DNA of 64,000 nucleotides from Anthoceros angustus (taxonomy: Eukaryota; Plantae; Anthocerotophyta), in NCBI GenBank assembly GCA_010909165.1, contig MU008158.1, positions 575,252 to 639,251 on the forward strand, written 5' to 3'. Positions 1 through 12,640 of this stretch are shown piece after piece; position 1 is the stretch's first letter, and each line of letters opens with the position of its first letter. Below the pieces are notes generated by a model. It was not told the origin of the DNA. It saw nothing but the letters and a program-made list of their open reading frames with translations, and did no database searches. The position numbers and the translations under genes were made by a program.

Positions 1-65
1 GCTCACAGAAAGGGGCCTGCCTAGCAACAGGTGAGCATCAACCTCTTACAGGTAAGGGAGAAAAC

Positions 66-285
66 CTGAATGGAGCCAATTATCGTCGAATTCCGAGAGG
101 GGCACGAACGCCGTCCGGTCGCGCTTCCCCGTGCAGGAAGTGCGTCTCTTGTGAGAACTCACGCACTCCAGCCCGCAGGACCGCAACCCGCATCCTGGAC
201 ACCGGTACTTGGCCGCATTACGCCTGCACTCCCCACAGACTGCGTCGCCACGCGGCGACGCAGAAGCCTCCTCGTCCGCCGCCAT
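66..285 (-). CDS. BCD1: Exon 1 of zinc-finger HIT protein, box C/D snoRNA assembly factor (BCD1/ZNHIT6-like); gene continues off the left end of the window
   Basis: MAADEE...CGECRRNAAKYRCPGCGLRSCGLECVSSHKRRTSCTGKRDRTAFVPLSEFDD is a zf-HIT motif followed by the C-T-G-K-R-x-R-T-x-F-V-P-L tail typical of BCD1; donor CAG|GT at 66/65. Confidence 0.8.
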
Positions 286-703
286 CCGGAGCAACACAGA
301 CGGCGGGTAAATACATTGCCTGTGGGTGCGACGGTGCGACTTAACACGTATATGTAGATCGCCTGTCTATATATATTCTGGATGCCTAACGTAGGACTTC
401 TCTAATAGGCAATCGCTCTCCCAAATTGTAAAAGTCCGCGAAAGTGATAATTTGGTAGGAAAGTATCGTGACTTGAGCCCATCGCCCATCGAGCAAAAGG
501 ACATCACACGAGACCCCTAGGGTGGTAGTAGTAAGAGGGAGCATCTAAAGTTTCCCATGGTTTTTATTAGGAAGAATGAAAGGCCTACATATTATAGAGG
601 TTGGAGAGGAAGCATCACTTCTATGGTGGCCGTCCTATCTTTAAATGCACCTTGGAGGGCAATGGACATCCGCTGCCAAAAAGAATGTCGCGACTCATGA
701 GAG

Positions 704-767
704 AGGTAGCCCTGCATCATGTCAACAACCCTAATAGGTAGCCCTGCATCATGTCAACAACCCTAAT
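704..767. repeat. Perfect 32-bp tandem duplication
   Basis: aggtagccctgcatcatgtcaacaaccctaat occurs twice, head to tail. Confidence 0.9.
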
Positions 768-1027
768 AGGCTTTAACGAAGGACTTGATAAGTTTAGCAA
801 AGTCCTAAGTCAATACCCCGTACGTTTCCAAGGCAAGCGAGATGAATTGGTGGCCTACTTGCATCCTCTTTCCTTCTTAGTCTTGGCTGTCATCCAACCT
901 GGATGATTAGTAATGACATGTGTACAAGTGGCGTCTCGTGTAGGGTCAGTGACCACCATGTCTGCCACTGTGACTTGGTCACCTTGAACAAGGTACAAGT
1001 CAGCCCTAACCGTCTAACCTGTGCAAA

Positions 1028-2424
1028 GAGTGTACCAAATTATGCTCCCTTCATGTCGTATAATCACTTTCGCGGGCCATTGCAAACATGACGTCCAGAA
1101 ATTAATGTTATCATGGGTGGCAATGCAATGACCCCCATTGGAACAACGAGCAAGATATATCCCACGTGCATCAAGGCAGAGCTGCATTCACAAGAAGGAA
1201 AGGGGGAAGCCATTGGTTGCACCAAGCCCATACACAATCACATCTCAGTTGTGGAAGTTGTTAGTGCAATGTGGAACCCTTAGGTACATGGACGAGCCAG
1301 TAGCCAAGAACCCACACCCTTCCCATGACATGAGCGAAGACGGGCTCTTGTGGACCTTGAGATGGAGATGTCTAGAAGGATGGACTTCAAAATTCCTTGC
1401 CATCAATCCACCGGTTTCAAGTCATGTTGCTGTTCCGCCCTATCTCGGATCATTTGACGTTGAGATAATCAGCGAGCTAATCAGCCAACACATTGCCCTG
1501 GCTTTCATGCTTTTGGCTACTTTGCGAAATATTGTAGCGGACACTCCAAACATTGCTGCCAAAGTTATAAATGCCATAGTCACACAATGCTTCACTTCCT
1601 ATATGAAATTCCAGAATACGTCCTGATTTACCATTTGTGCAATTTTTTCTTGTGGTGAATGTTGAATAAATTCTAATGGGAGACTAAGATGCGTGAGCTT
1701 TGGCCTCTGCTTGATAGGGAATCTGGGGCGTTCATGTTTACTCATCCAGATCCAGATCCTAGAGCATCGTGGCCAAGCCATCACTATCATGTGTGCAAGT
1801 AATTAATTAATTATAGTAATTAGGAAATAAGTGATAATTAGGTATTTTCGGGAATTAAGAAATGGATAACTCCATGGAATGTATGAGAGCCCAACCTGAA
1901 ATAGGTTGACTGCGAAGATGGTGGGAGAAAGCAGTGAACATGATCTGGTGGCCGCAAGTAGGCGCAAGATGGTGATTGCGAGAACGGCGAGATACCGGCA
2001 GCCAAGTCTAGGAACAAAACCATACTCATTGCAAGATTGAGTAGCTGTAAGCTTGTATCTTCTGATAAAAAATCTAATGTGTGTGTGTTTGCGAGATAAT
2101 ACAATCGTGTGCAGATTGAAGAGTTTGGCTATAGCTCGAAGTGGGTTGAGGTTGAAGTGTGGAAATGACTGTACTTTGTGGTGTGTGTGAATGCGTGGGA
2201 GGGGGCGAAAATCTTATTGTACATGCAGCCTGCGTAGAACGCATTGTTGTGCATGTATGTATGTGCATATATACAAGCCACAATGACTTGCCAATTGCCT
2301 CGCTGGAATCACGAAGAGAGCATAATTTGGTACACTCCCAATTGCCAATTGCCTCGCTGGAATCAGCTCAAACTTTTTATGGTGCCCGAGATTCAGGGGT
2401 AAGGGAGCATAATTTGGTACACTC
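1028..2424. mobile_element. Candidate degenerate TIR DNA element, about 1.4 kb
   Basis: gagtgtaccaaattatgctccctt (1028-1051) is the exact reverse complement of 2401-2424; no target-site duplication found. Confidence 0.4.
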
Positions 2425-2489
2425 CCAATTGCCAATTGCCTCGCTGGAATCAGCTCAAACTTTTTATGGTGCCCGAGATTCAGGGGTAA
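2288..2489. repeat. 87-bp tandem repeat (2 copies plus a 23-bp partial) overlapping the right inverted repeat
   Basis: gagcataatttggtacactcccaattgccaattgcctcgctggaatc... starts at 2318 and 2405; ttgccaattgcctcgctggaatc also at 2288. Confidence 0.9.
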
Positions 2490-3029
2490 TTAACTGCAAC
2501 TGATCGTGGATGGGCAAATGAAATACATTGCATGTGAAATCAACAGGAGTTCAGAACAAAGACCAGCAAGTAGCTAGCCAAGATGTGGCGACCACCATCT
2601 TTGGAAGTCACCAAAAAAGCCTGTAAAAGAACACACTGTATGTATAGAGCATGAGTTCATCCATGTTAGTCAGAACATTATACCATAAATACCATCATCC
2701 AAAGCAAGTGTGGAGTGTGCACAATCATGCTGTTTAAGAAACATGAAACACACACCATGACCTACAAACCTCATGACTGTGATGAGACAAAAACTCAGCA
2801 GCAAGGAAACTCCAGGAACTATCATGAGGATGCAGATCCCAAGAACTAGATGTTGCAAAGAGAAAGCATCACAGACACGAGGCTTTTTATTGGCTGCAAT
2901 ATGGCGGGAAGGTAAGTTAATAGCCGCCCAATATCTAAGAACCCGTCAGTATCATCAAAAATTGAAAACAAAAAATTGAAGCCACGCAATGGCTAGCTAC
3001 TGGTTGGCAGGCAACAAAGTGTAAGTGAT

Positions 3030-3039
3030 GCTATGTATG

Positions 3040-3073
<34 letters not shown>

Positions 3074-3180
3074 TGTATGTATGTATGTATGTATGTATGT
3101 ATGTATGTATGTATGTATGTATGCATGTATGTATGTATGTATGTATGTATGTATGTATGTATGTATGTATGTATGTATAT
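3030..3180. repeat. (TATG)n microsatellite
   Basis: About 150 bp of near-pure gtat/tatg repeats. Confidence 0.97.
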
Positions 3181-3380
3181 CATGGTGTGAAAAAACCTGA
3201 TGAATTAATTAAGCGTGTATGCACGACACACCTCCGCACAGTACGACAGGCGGATCTTGAAGACTACGAGTTTGATTTGGTTTCTTGCTTCTTTCGATGT
3301 TAAAAAGGGTGTTCTTAAGGTAGTTTAACCTTATGTTAATCATGTCATTCTTCTTGTCGTGTCGTATCTAGTGTTGTGAA

Positions 3381-4227
3381 CACTGTTGCTACTGTAGTTT
3401 CGGGAAATGTTGTAATAAATGTGGTTATTCCTGTTGTTCTGGAAGTGTTCTAAAGATATCATAGTTTATCATGAAGCTCTTTCCATTATTAGTATGATAA
3501 TTAGTTAACCCTATAGTAAAAAAATTTTAACCCTATATTTTTATCTGGTCGCACACTGTTGCTACTGTAGTTTCGGGAAATGTTGTAATGAATGTGGTTA
3601 TTCCTGTTGTTCTAGAAGTGTTCTAAAGATATCATAGTTTATCATGAAGCTCTTTCCATTATTAGTATGATAATTAGTTAACCCTATAATAAAGAAATTT
3701 TAACCCTATATTTTTATCTGGTCGCACACTGTTGCTACTGTAGTTTCGGGAAATGTTGTAATGAATGTGGTTATTCCTGTTGTTCTGGAAGTGTTCTAAA
3801 GATATCATAGTTTATCATGAAGCTCTTTCCATTATTAGTATGATAATTAGTTAACCCTATAGTAAAGAAATTTTAATCCTGTATTTTTATCTGTCGCACA
3901 CTGTTGCTATCGGGAAATGTTGTAATGAATGTGGTTATTCCTGTTGTTCTGGAAGTGTTCTAAAGATATCATAGTTTATCATGAAGCTCTTTCCATTATT
4001 AGTATGATAATTAGTTAACCCTATAGTAAAGAAATTTTAATCCTGTATTTTTATCTGTCGCACACTGTTGCTATCGGGAAATGTTATAATGAATGTGGTT
4101 ATTCCTGTTGTTCTGGAAGTGTTCTAAAGATATCATAGTTTATCATGAAGCTCTTTCCATTATTAGTATGATAATTAGTTAACCCTATAGTAAAGAATTT
4201 TAACCCTGTATTTTTATCTGGTCGCAA
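3381..4227. repeat. AT-rich ~173-bp tandem repeat, 5 units
   Basis: cactgttgcta... unit starts at 3381, 3554, 3727, 3899 and 4063. Confidence 0.95.
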
Positions 4228-4792
4228 CCAGTTACCTGCTAATGTGACATCCTCCGTAGAAGAGAGAAACTTTTACAACGTTAAAATATTTGATAATGAT
4301 AACTCGCACAATTGACACATTGAAATTGGACTTTTTTTTACTAGAAAAACTCAAATAAAAACTGACATTTGCTCGTTGCAGGGATCTACGAGTGAGGCGC
4401 ATCTTTTTGACACTTTCAGCAGTCGCTTTTCAAGCAACAATTGGATATATCCAAGCGGAGATGGAATGAGAGTATAAGCTCAGGGGCACCCCAGCAAACC
4501 AGCAACAATGGGATAGTTGCAGGCTATACCCATGGAATTTGACAACACTCAATTTGTTCCAGGAACGATGTTTCAAGTGCGGGGAAATTGGCCATAGGGA
4601 CATTCAACGTTGAGGAGGACAAGAAGGAAGACCAGCTAATGTAGCCCCTTGGATATATTGTGTTTAGATTGAGGAGTCTACAGCAAGTGAGTTAGAAAAG
4701 GACTAGGTCTGATACAAATTAGGGATTTAAACATCAAAGCCTTTTTGTTCCTCAAAGTAGAAGTGTCCGAGCTCTAAAAATTTCCTGCAGGT

Positions 4793-5110
4793 TTGAGGGG
4801 ACACGAACGTACAGTTCTACTAGACTTTGACACCAATGCCAACTTTTTATCGAAAACGTTTACCGAGAGTAAAAACATGTTTACAGAAGTTGAGTGTGGC
4901 CCAATCGTTTTTGCAAACGGTAGCTCAGCGGCTAGCTCATTAGTACAGAGCATGCCGGCGAGGCTTCAAATGGGATCTTATGGCGAGCAGTAGGAGTTTA
5001 TTATAACAGATCTTGATGTGGGCTGCGAGGTCTTGCTAGAAATGCTCTGGCTCAAAAAACACTTGCCTACAATTGATTGGAGCATAAAAAGGATTCAATT
5101 TATGCATAAT
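4793..5110 (+). pseudogene. Ty3/Gypsy retrotransposon aspartic protease relic
   Basis: VLLDFDTNANFLS...VFANGS...LQMGSYGEQ*EFIITDLDVGCEVLLEMLWLKKHLPTIDW matches the retropepsin pattern LLDSGA.NFIS...ANG...D.ILGM.WL..H.P.IDW; in-frame stop and mutated DSG. Confidence 0.75.
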
Positions 5111-8100
5111 GACGAGAAGCTCCCGTTACAGGGAATGACCAAGGCAAAGCATGCCACCTTCATTACCCATTACATTTCTTGGGCAGCCATATTCCATGAG
5201 ATGCAAAAAGAAAAAAAACTATGTTGTTATACCTTGTGCAAGAGTAGAAAAAGTAATTGTTCTTAAATGCACATCCGAGCTTATTGTCATTGTGGATGCC
5301 TCTTGGAACACAGAGTAAGAGGCATGATGTACTGATGGGAACTACCTCCATGGTTTGCAGGCCGTTTATTCTTCCTGCATATGACATTGTGGGTGCAGTA
5401 TGTGACTTTAGGTGGGGAGCTCAGTTGCTCCTCTTCACCTCGACCCCCTGGTCCCCTTTGGTTGTCCCCTCGTGGATGGGCTTTTCCCATCGTTTTTTCA
5501 CCTCAATAAAATCCTCTTCCTTCAAGAATTAAATGGTGTTTACTCAATGTGTGTATATGAAACTACACAACAATAGCCATCCTAGCAAATAAAATACCAC
5601 TCCTAAAAATCCATTCTATCACCGCTAGCAGCCATCTCATGTACATATGTGAAATATGAAGCCACATAACTGAATACAAAAATCAAGCTTTTTAATAGCA
5701 TTGCTTTTGGCGAGATAGAGAGCCCATCTTCTGTTTCAAGCCGTCTCTCAAATACAATTCCATGCCACAGACCCTAACTCGGCCGCGGCTGTAACTTAGG
5801 GTTGTGAGGAATCAAGGTTTGCGCATGCAAGCCTTCAAGCCCGTGATTCTGGATGATCAACAAAGGTAGACATGCGAAGTGGATCTGCTGATGCAAGCAG
5901 CAAGTGAGGGTTGTGCATGTACCACTACAGGATAGGGGCTTCATCGTGTCGAGGCGGTGGTACCGCTGCGAGCCATGCGGAGCCTATGGAAATCACGGTT
6001 GCTCTGGTCAGTGGGGAGCAATACACAAACAAGGAACCCTTGTACATGTGGCACATGGACTATGAGGGTGCCCAACTGGGACCGTATTGTGAATAATGAG
6101 TTCAAAAGTTGAGGCATTACGCATACATGGGATGCTAACGAGTGCAAATCCTTTGCTGCAGCGTATGACAAGATGTGTATGTTCCACTTCAGGGTGCACG
6201 CGGCTGTAGATGAAGCAACGCACTATATAAAGTCTATAACGCATTTTATATAATATGTTATCTCATATTTCTCCACCTACAAGGTAAGGTGGAGATAAGT
6301 GGGAAGGGTATTATTTGCAATTGGGTGTTTGTAGATAGCTGGGAGGCAGTTGGCGTGTGCGATAGCCAGGTGCAGCAAATGACGACGTGGTGGGTGGGTT
6401 GGTGGGTGGCAGTGGATCGAACACTTCTAGAGGGCGCTTAACCTCAGAATGATGAGAGGCTTTTTTGCAAATTTTATGCAAATATTCATTATATTTTTTC
6501 GGAGGGCATGTTAATTTTTTTATTTTTCTACCAACTGCATAATTGTGAACGTGCTATTCTGTTCAAAATGATGTAGCCCACTCACGATTTTGATGTGTGT
6601 ACATTCTTGCACCAAAATCCATGTAATTTTTCGAGAGCCTCATTTCTTGGTTTTCGCGTGGAATCTTTTGCTGTTTATGATGCTACAGTCCACGCTTCCT
6701 TGAGCAAAAATTTTCATGAACAGCCAGCACTGTCTTCTAGGCGTGTGCAAAGAAATGGAGTTAAAAAGTCACGTTTGATTTTCAAAGAATTTTCACAAAC
6801 GCCAAGAACCTTGCAAGGGTCCCAACCATGGTTAGATGAAAAAGTGCGTTCGACATATGCACCCATGTGAACGCACACAAAATTGCAGACTGGGTGCTGG
6901 AGCGAGGCAAGGGTTCAAAGCATCAATTAGAATCTTTGAGGTAGAGGTCGAATTTTCAGGTATTTTTTTATTTTTTTAAAGACCTGATATTGAAGAACTA
7001 GACCATCAAAATATATGCTCAAGGTTAGTTAGTTCCAAATATGGGTAAAATAAAATGCATGTAGTGATACGTATCGTCGAAGACTCATTTTGAGTAGATT
7101 CGTAATTCTAGAATTAAGGAGAAGTGGGGCTTCGTGTACAAAAGGTACATGACGGAGATGTAGGACAGCCATAAATTGGATTCGACCAACCCTTGCTACA
7201 TACACTCCTTACACACAGCATTCATGCCGACCATGAGGAAAGAGCCGACGACTTTTGTTCGGGTGTGGAGTTTGCACAGGGTTAGAAAAATGAGTTTGGG
7301 GGACAATGATATACCAAGGCACTTCCCCGCGGAGGCCTTTCAGGAGGAGGAGCAGCTGGTAGGTCTTGTAGGACCGCTTGCGTATGGGGTAGACGACGAG
7401 GACGACAATGACTACTATGTCCCTGGACTAAAGTTCGCGTGTTGCACCAGAGGTGTCTGCGTTTCCTCTCATTCCATTGCTGACAGGGTTAAGTTGAGTC
7501 CAGTACAGACCGCATTGGTCAGGGTTTGCTTAGCTTAACCCAACTTGGTCATACCCCCTGGTATCTTGTACCGAAGAGGTACAACTCTTCAAACACAGGC
7601 TAAAAAAGCTCACCGATTATAATCAATTAGTAAAGCACTAAACTTTGATCAAACACTTCCGTAAAGCACCTCAAACTTGGTATCAGAGTTATCTCTCGAT
7701 TACTAGGTCCACAATGCATTATGATGTGAATCTAGATGTTCTTCTTATACTATAGAATATCGTACTAATACCTTTGGTGTTTGCTTTATGAAACTACTTT
7801 ATATTCATACTTATTCTTAGTTTCATCTATGTTCAACTAAACATATTTTCCTAATAAAATAGTTTAACTTTTCTATAATTAATATTTATATTCCTTAAAG
7901 TTTCACCCTCAATTCGGTTCGCTACCAAAGCGGACACAAGCAAGCATGAAGGTAAACGTATCGTATAAAGAAAAATTTGGTGTGGAAAAAACAAAGTGCT
8001 CCGTCCAGTTTGGTAAGCCGTACTCCAGCAGCAAAGAAAACTTTAAACTCACCGGGTGGGAGGAAGTTCGGTGCGAAAACAAAGCAGGTTGAGTTTGTGT

Positions 8101-8789
8101 GCGTGACGGCTTTGGTTGGGTCACCCTCAATTCACTCCGCACCTCAGTTCGCTCCGTGCTGTGTGAAGAAAAGTTTGGTGTCCCGTCCCCTCTGTCCTGT
8201 TTGTTATGCAATACATGGGTCCGCTCGTTGAGTCTGGAAACCTTGGAAAACTGACAAAGCAAGGACGAGAAACTACCTTCCGGAGTGTCCGTAGGTCAAC
8301 GCGCACGTTGTCTGAAGAGCGGGAGTCGCGGACTCGGGAACACAGAATGTGCTCGACCTCCCCACGCTCCACCCTCCGATGGAACCGAGCTCACATATAT
8401 CCACCGAATTTATTAGCTGCGAGGATCCCGAGGACACATTCCGCCCTCTCCTCTTGTCTAGGAATCCTGATTGATGGAATACATTTCTCATGCTTGATTT
8501 TTCATCCTCAAAGCTAGCAGCTGCACTCTCTACAGATGTAGATGTTGGTTCTCTTTTCTCTTGTTGGACGCAGCATTCTCCCCCCGGAGATGGCTGTTGA
8601 GAGATTAAAGCAGCGAGGGTGGGACCGCCTATGAAAAGCGGACCTCCAATCATGCATCCAGATGTCGCACCAACCCGCACCAGCTCACGGCGGGGCGATG
8701 TCGATGCGGGTTCTTGCTTCTTAGTCTTTCGCTTCTCTGCCAACTACGCTGCAATGGCTTCATGAGAGATCCGTTTTCTGCGGAAGGAA

Positions 8790-10315
8790 ATGACGCAGAA
8801 TGCGACGGTGCGGCGGCCCCCGGAAGGCTGCATCCGGATGGTAATGGCGGGGGTGCTCACCGGGGGAGGCCTTCTGGCGCTGCTGGCGCTGCTTTGGCCC
8901 CTGCTGCTCCCGGAAGCCAGGCCCCTGCCATCGCAGGACTCCCCGAGGGCCGACTCGGGGGGGCAGGGCAGCATGGGAGGCCACGGCCGGCTGCGGCAGT
9001 TCGCGGAGCACGGGCGGGTGTCCGCCCTCTTCGTGCAGATGGGCGCGTATCGGGGCGGGGAGAACACGTTCGCGGTCGTGGGGCTCTCCTCCCGCCGGCT
9101 GCACGACGTGGGCACTCCCTGGTTCCATTGCGCGTGGGAGGAGCCCGGGGAGCTCGAGGTGCGTGGGAAGGTCGAGGTGCTCAAGCCGGACTGGGGGCTG
9201 GGCCAGATCTACACCGTCCTGGTGCTGAATTGCTCCTTCCCGAGCCCGGTCGGGACGCTCGGGCGGGGAGGCTCCCTGCTGGTGGAGGCCGGGTACGGGA
9301 AGTCCGATAGCTTCTCTCCGCCGGAGATGTTCACTGCGCTGGAGGAGGCCGCGGGGGAGTACAATTCCCGGCTCTATTCCGGCGAGGAGCCCCCGGCGTA
9401 CGAGTTCCTCTTCTGCGGCTCGCCCTTGTTCGGAAGCCCGAGCCCGCAGCGGATTCGGGAGTGGGTGGCGTACCACGCGCGCCTCTTCGGCTCGAGATCC
9501 CTCTTCGTCTTCCACGACGCCGGGGGAATTCACGGCGGAGTCCGGGAGGTGCTGGAGCCCTGGGAGCGGCTGGGGCGAGTCGCCGTGGAGAACGTGCGGA
9601 ACCAGGCCCGGTACGACGGGTACTACTACAACCAGTTCCTGGTGCTCAACGACTGCCTCCACCGCGCGCGGTTCCTGGCCCGCTGGGTCTTCTTCTTCGA
9701 CGTCGACGAGTTCCTTGCGGTGGCGCCAGGGGCGACGCTGCTGGAAGTGATGGAGGGGTTCGGTAACTTCACCCAGGTGCTGATCCCACAGCAGCGCATG
9801 TCCGACGGGCTTTGTGCTTACGATCGGCGGGACGCTGCTTCCGAGTAAGGCCCTGGCCGAGGCCGGGCTGTGTCTGCGGGCAATATGGGATAATTGCGTT
9901 AGGGTTTGCTGCTGATGTGGGCGGGTGTTGTTGCTCGTGTGGCAGCGACCAGGAGCTCTGGGCGGTGGAGAAGCTGGTATACAGGGTGGTGGTCTCGGCG
10001 GGAAAGGGGCTGGAAACGAAGTACGCGGTGCAGCCCGGGAATGTGTTCGCCACCGGCGTGCATCGCACAGAGCAGTTCCAGGGACTGAGCACGATTGCTG
10101 AGGCCGGCAGGTTGCGGTATTACCATTTTCATGGCAGCATTGGCAACAGGGGCCAGGTGTGTCGGGAATTCCCTAGCCGGGATCTCAGCAACTCCTCTCT
10201 TTTCAGGAGCTCGAAGGGGGATGCTTTCGAGTTCGATGACGGCTTGGCGCGCTTCATTCCCTCGGTTCGAGAGTTTGAGCTTGGAACAATAGGACGGCAA
10301 CCATTCGTTCCATGA
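8790..10315 (+). CDS. GALS: GT92 galactan beta-1,4-galactosyltransferase (GALS-like), copy 1; exons 8790-9844 and 9946-10315, about 474 aa
   Basis: N-terminal TM anchor; LFCGSPLFG..SPQRIREWVAYH, YDGYYYNQFLVLNDCLHR, FFFDVDEF (DxD), YYHFHGS; 101-bp GTAAG..GCAG intron joins the exons in frame. Confidence 0.92.
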
Positions 10316-12640
10316 GTCATGACTTGACAGAGCTTGCGTCCTTCAAGTTAGGCACCATATCAGGAAGATGCGGCCGAGGATGGGTCTCCTGCGTGTGCGT
10401 GGTCCGTTGCTGCATGTGATTCCACATTTGGGGCACATGATTCAGCATGTGTCTTGGTAGGGTTGGAATGTGGAGTGCTTGATAATGCCATGGAGTCAGC
10501 TTGCAACAACCCCTCACAGCCACAGGTGCAGGTTGGTCCAAGGCTACTACGTATACCGTAACAGACCAGTGTGAAAACAATCAGGTCATGGGCGAGACAG
10601 CCTTACCTGCAACGTACAATGGAAGCATTTCAGCTGGCTCATGTTTGGTGATCTTCAACTGCGAGCTCGTAAGCAGGTTGGTGACAGAGCCAGGGGAGTA
10701 GCGTTTTTAGTCTTCGATGAATCATAAGTATGAGGCAGAGATGCAGCGAAGGGGACAGAGGGGCATGTTCATTGCGCTGCTGCCATTCCTCACAGCTTCT
10801 CCGTCTGTCTGGAAATGTCCACTACAACGTTCTGTTGCAGAAGGAGAGACTGTGTTATTTGCGCACCCACAAGATTCATCACTTAAGAACCAGGAACCTG
10901 CACTCTCTTCTTTCCCGATGTGCACGCAATATAGTCCAGGCAGTTGGATTCTGATTATGAGCTCCTCCACCTCCAACGGGGCATTTGAAGCAGGTTCACC
11001 GAGAGGTTGTTTCCTGTCAAGCCGGACTCTCTTCGCGTCATAAGGGGCTAAATGAACATTGTCCCATATCAGCAGAGCCTACCTCCTTGTCCTAAACAAC
11101 CCAGCCAGGAGGAACATCCTTGAATAAGTATCTACCTTGTCACCATGTCCGCTCCTGGTTTTGCACTTCATAACACAAGCGATCCAGAACAAGCAATCCA
11201 GAACTCCCTGTGATCCCTTGTCATCAGATGAAAGCCGGCCAAGGTCCTGATGATTGTGCCAAAGTAACTCTCCGTAAAGAAGAAAGGTTGACGAACCGCG
11301 TACAGTAAGGCACAGCTATGGAAGTTGTAGCAAGGATAGATGTGGAGCAGCTCCTCACTGCATCTCCATCTCTAGCTCAAGGGCACCATACATACCTCTA
11401 CGTATGATTCACATTTGCAGTTGAGTTGAGCACGCTCTTCTTGCTCATATCGAAGCCCTTGTGGAGAGCAACGGATCTCGTCGGTTTAGGGTTCCCAAGG
11501 TTGATGCTTGTCAAGAACAGAGCTCGATCTTTCAAGTTCCAAGTACCCTGAGAGGCAGTGGCAGGTCGGCGTGGGTAAGACTGGTCCCCCACTCCGTCAG
11601 GTCAGCTGTGTCAGACACCCGCAAGCTCTTCGAAGATAGTCGGGAACTGGAACTGCTGCAGGCAATGCGTCCGCCTTCACCCTGCTGTGCACCAGGCCAG
11701 AGGAGGAATGAAAAGCGCGAGGCGACAGACGTGGCATTTCCGTGGCTTGGGTCATCCTTCTTCTTCCTGGCCGGTGCCATCAGTCTGTCTTATTGCAAGT
11801 GTACAGAATCCGTAGGGCTCTACAAGTAGAAGTGCGTCGGCTAGTCTTCTGGGTCCGAGCAAAATGCAGGCCCGTCAGTGGACAGCGGCTGCTTCGGAGA
11901 CACGTCTCTGCACCTGCCTCGGGCTCGGGTGACGAGCAGGCAGTCCTTGGCACTGCATGGAAGGAGGCAAGGAATGAATATAGTTGGGCAATATCTGATG
12001 CGTGGATTCTCCGCTGCCTTCCTCACGGAATGCATCGGTTTGTGCTAGCGGGCAACTTGTCTGTGACCATGTCTCCTAGAAGCTGAACTGGAGCTTGAGT
12101 CTTGACAGGAAATGACTGTTCACAGCTGCGGAGGCCGATGGGGCCGACTGGACAGTGGACGTACACAGTGTGCAATGGTGTACAGCTCTTTCACATCTCC
12201 ACCAAGTGGACACATTTCTAGAAGCAGCGACGATTCCATGTACCTACACATTCCCACATGATTCACCTCTTGTCCAGAAATTCTGACTCACAACGTAGGA
12301 GGTTAATTTAGCAAACACACATAATACGTATGTCGAGTTTCTCCTCCCCAAGCTTGATGGCAGCAGCGATTGGCCCCGGGAGATGGCGTGACGGTGGGTC
12401 CGCCTCTAAAGTTAGATCTCCAATCCCAGGATCCAGAGATCCCAGGTACTTCCTGGCTGGCTGCACGGCAGCGTGTCAGTCTGTTCTGTGGGCGGTGAGT
12501 CAAGCATCCCCCACATTGCCTATGTGGACCCATTGCGGCTCTGATCCGCCTTAGCTTCTCTTGCAATTTCTCTGCACTGAAGGCCACATGAGAGCCATTC
12601 GATCTGTTGTTGTTGCACGAGGTGTGTGTGTGCGAGGAGG

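Noticed and set aside
3025-3303. 92-aa ORF (MYVC repeats)
   Set aside because: Translation of the TATG microsatellite.
5700-8400. ORFs at 5911-6244, 7176-7538 and 7909-8517
   Set aside because: Probably TE-derived or intergenic; I could not assign a family or element ends, so they are not annotated.
11330-12300. Short ORFs in the spacer between the GT92 copies
   Set aside because: No recognisable domain or consistent exon chain.
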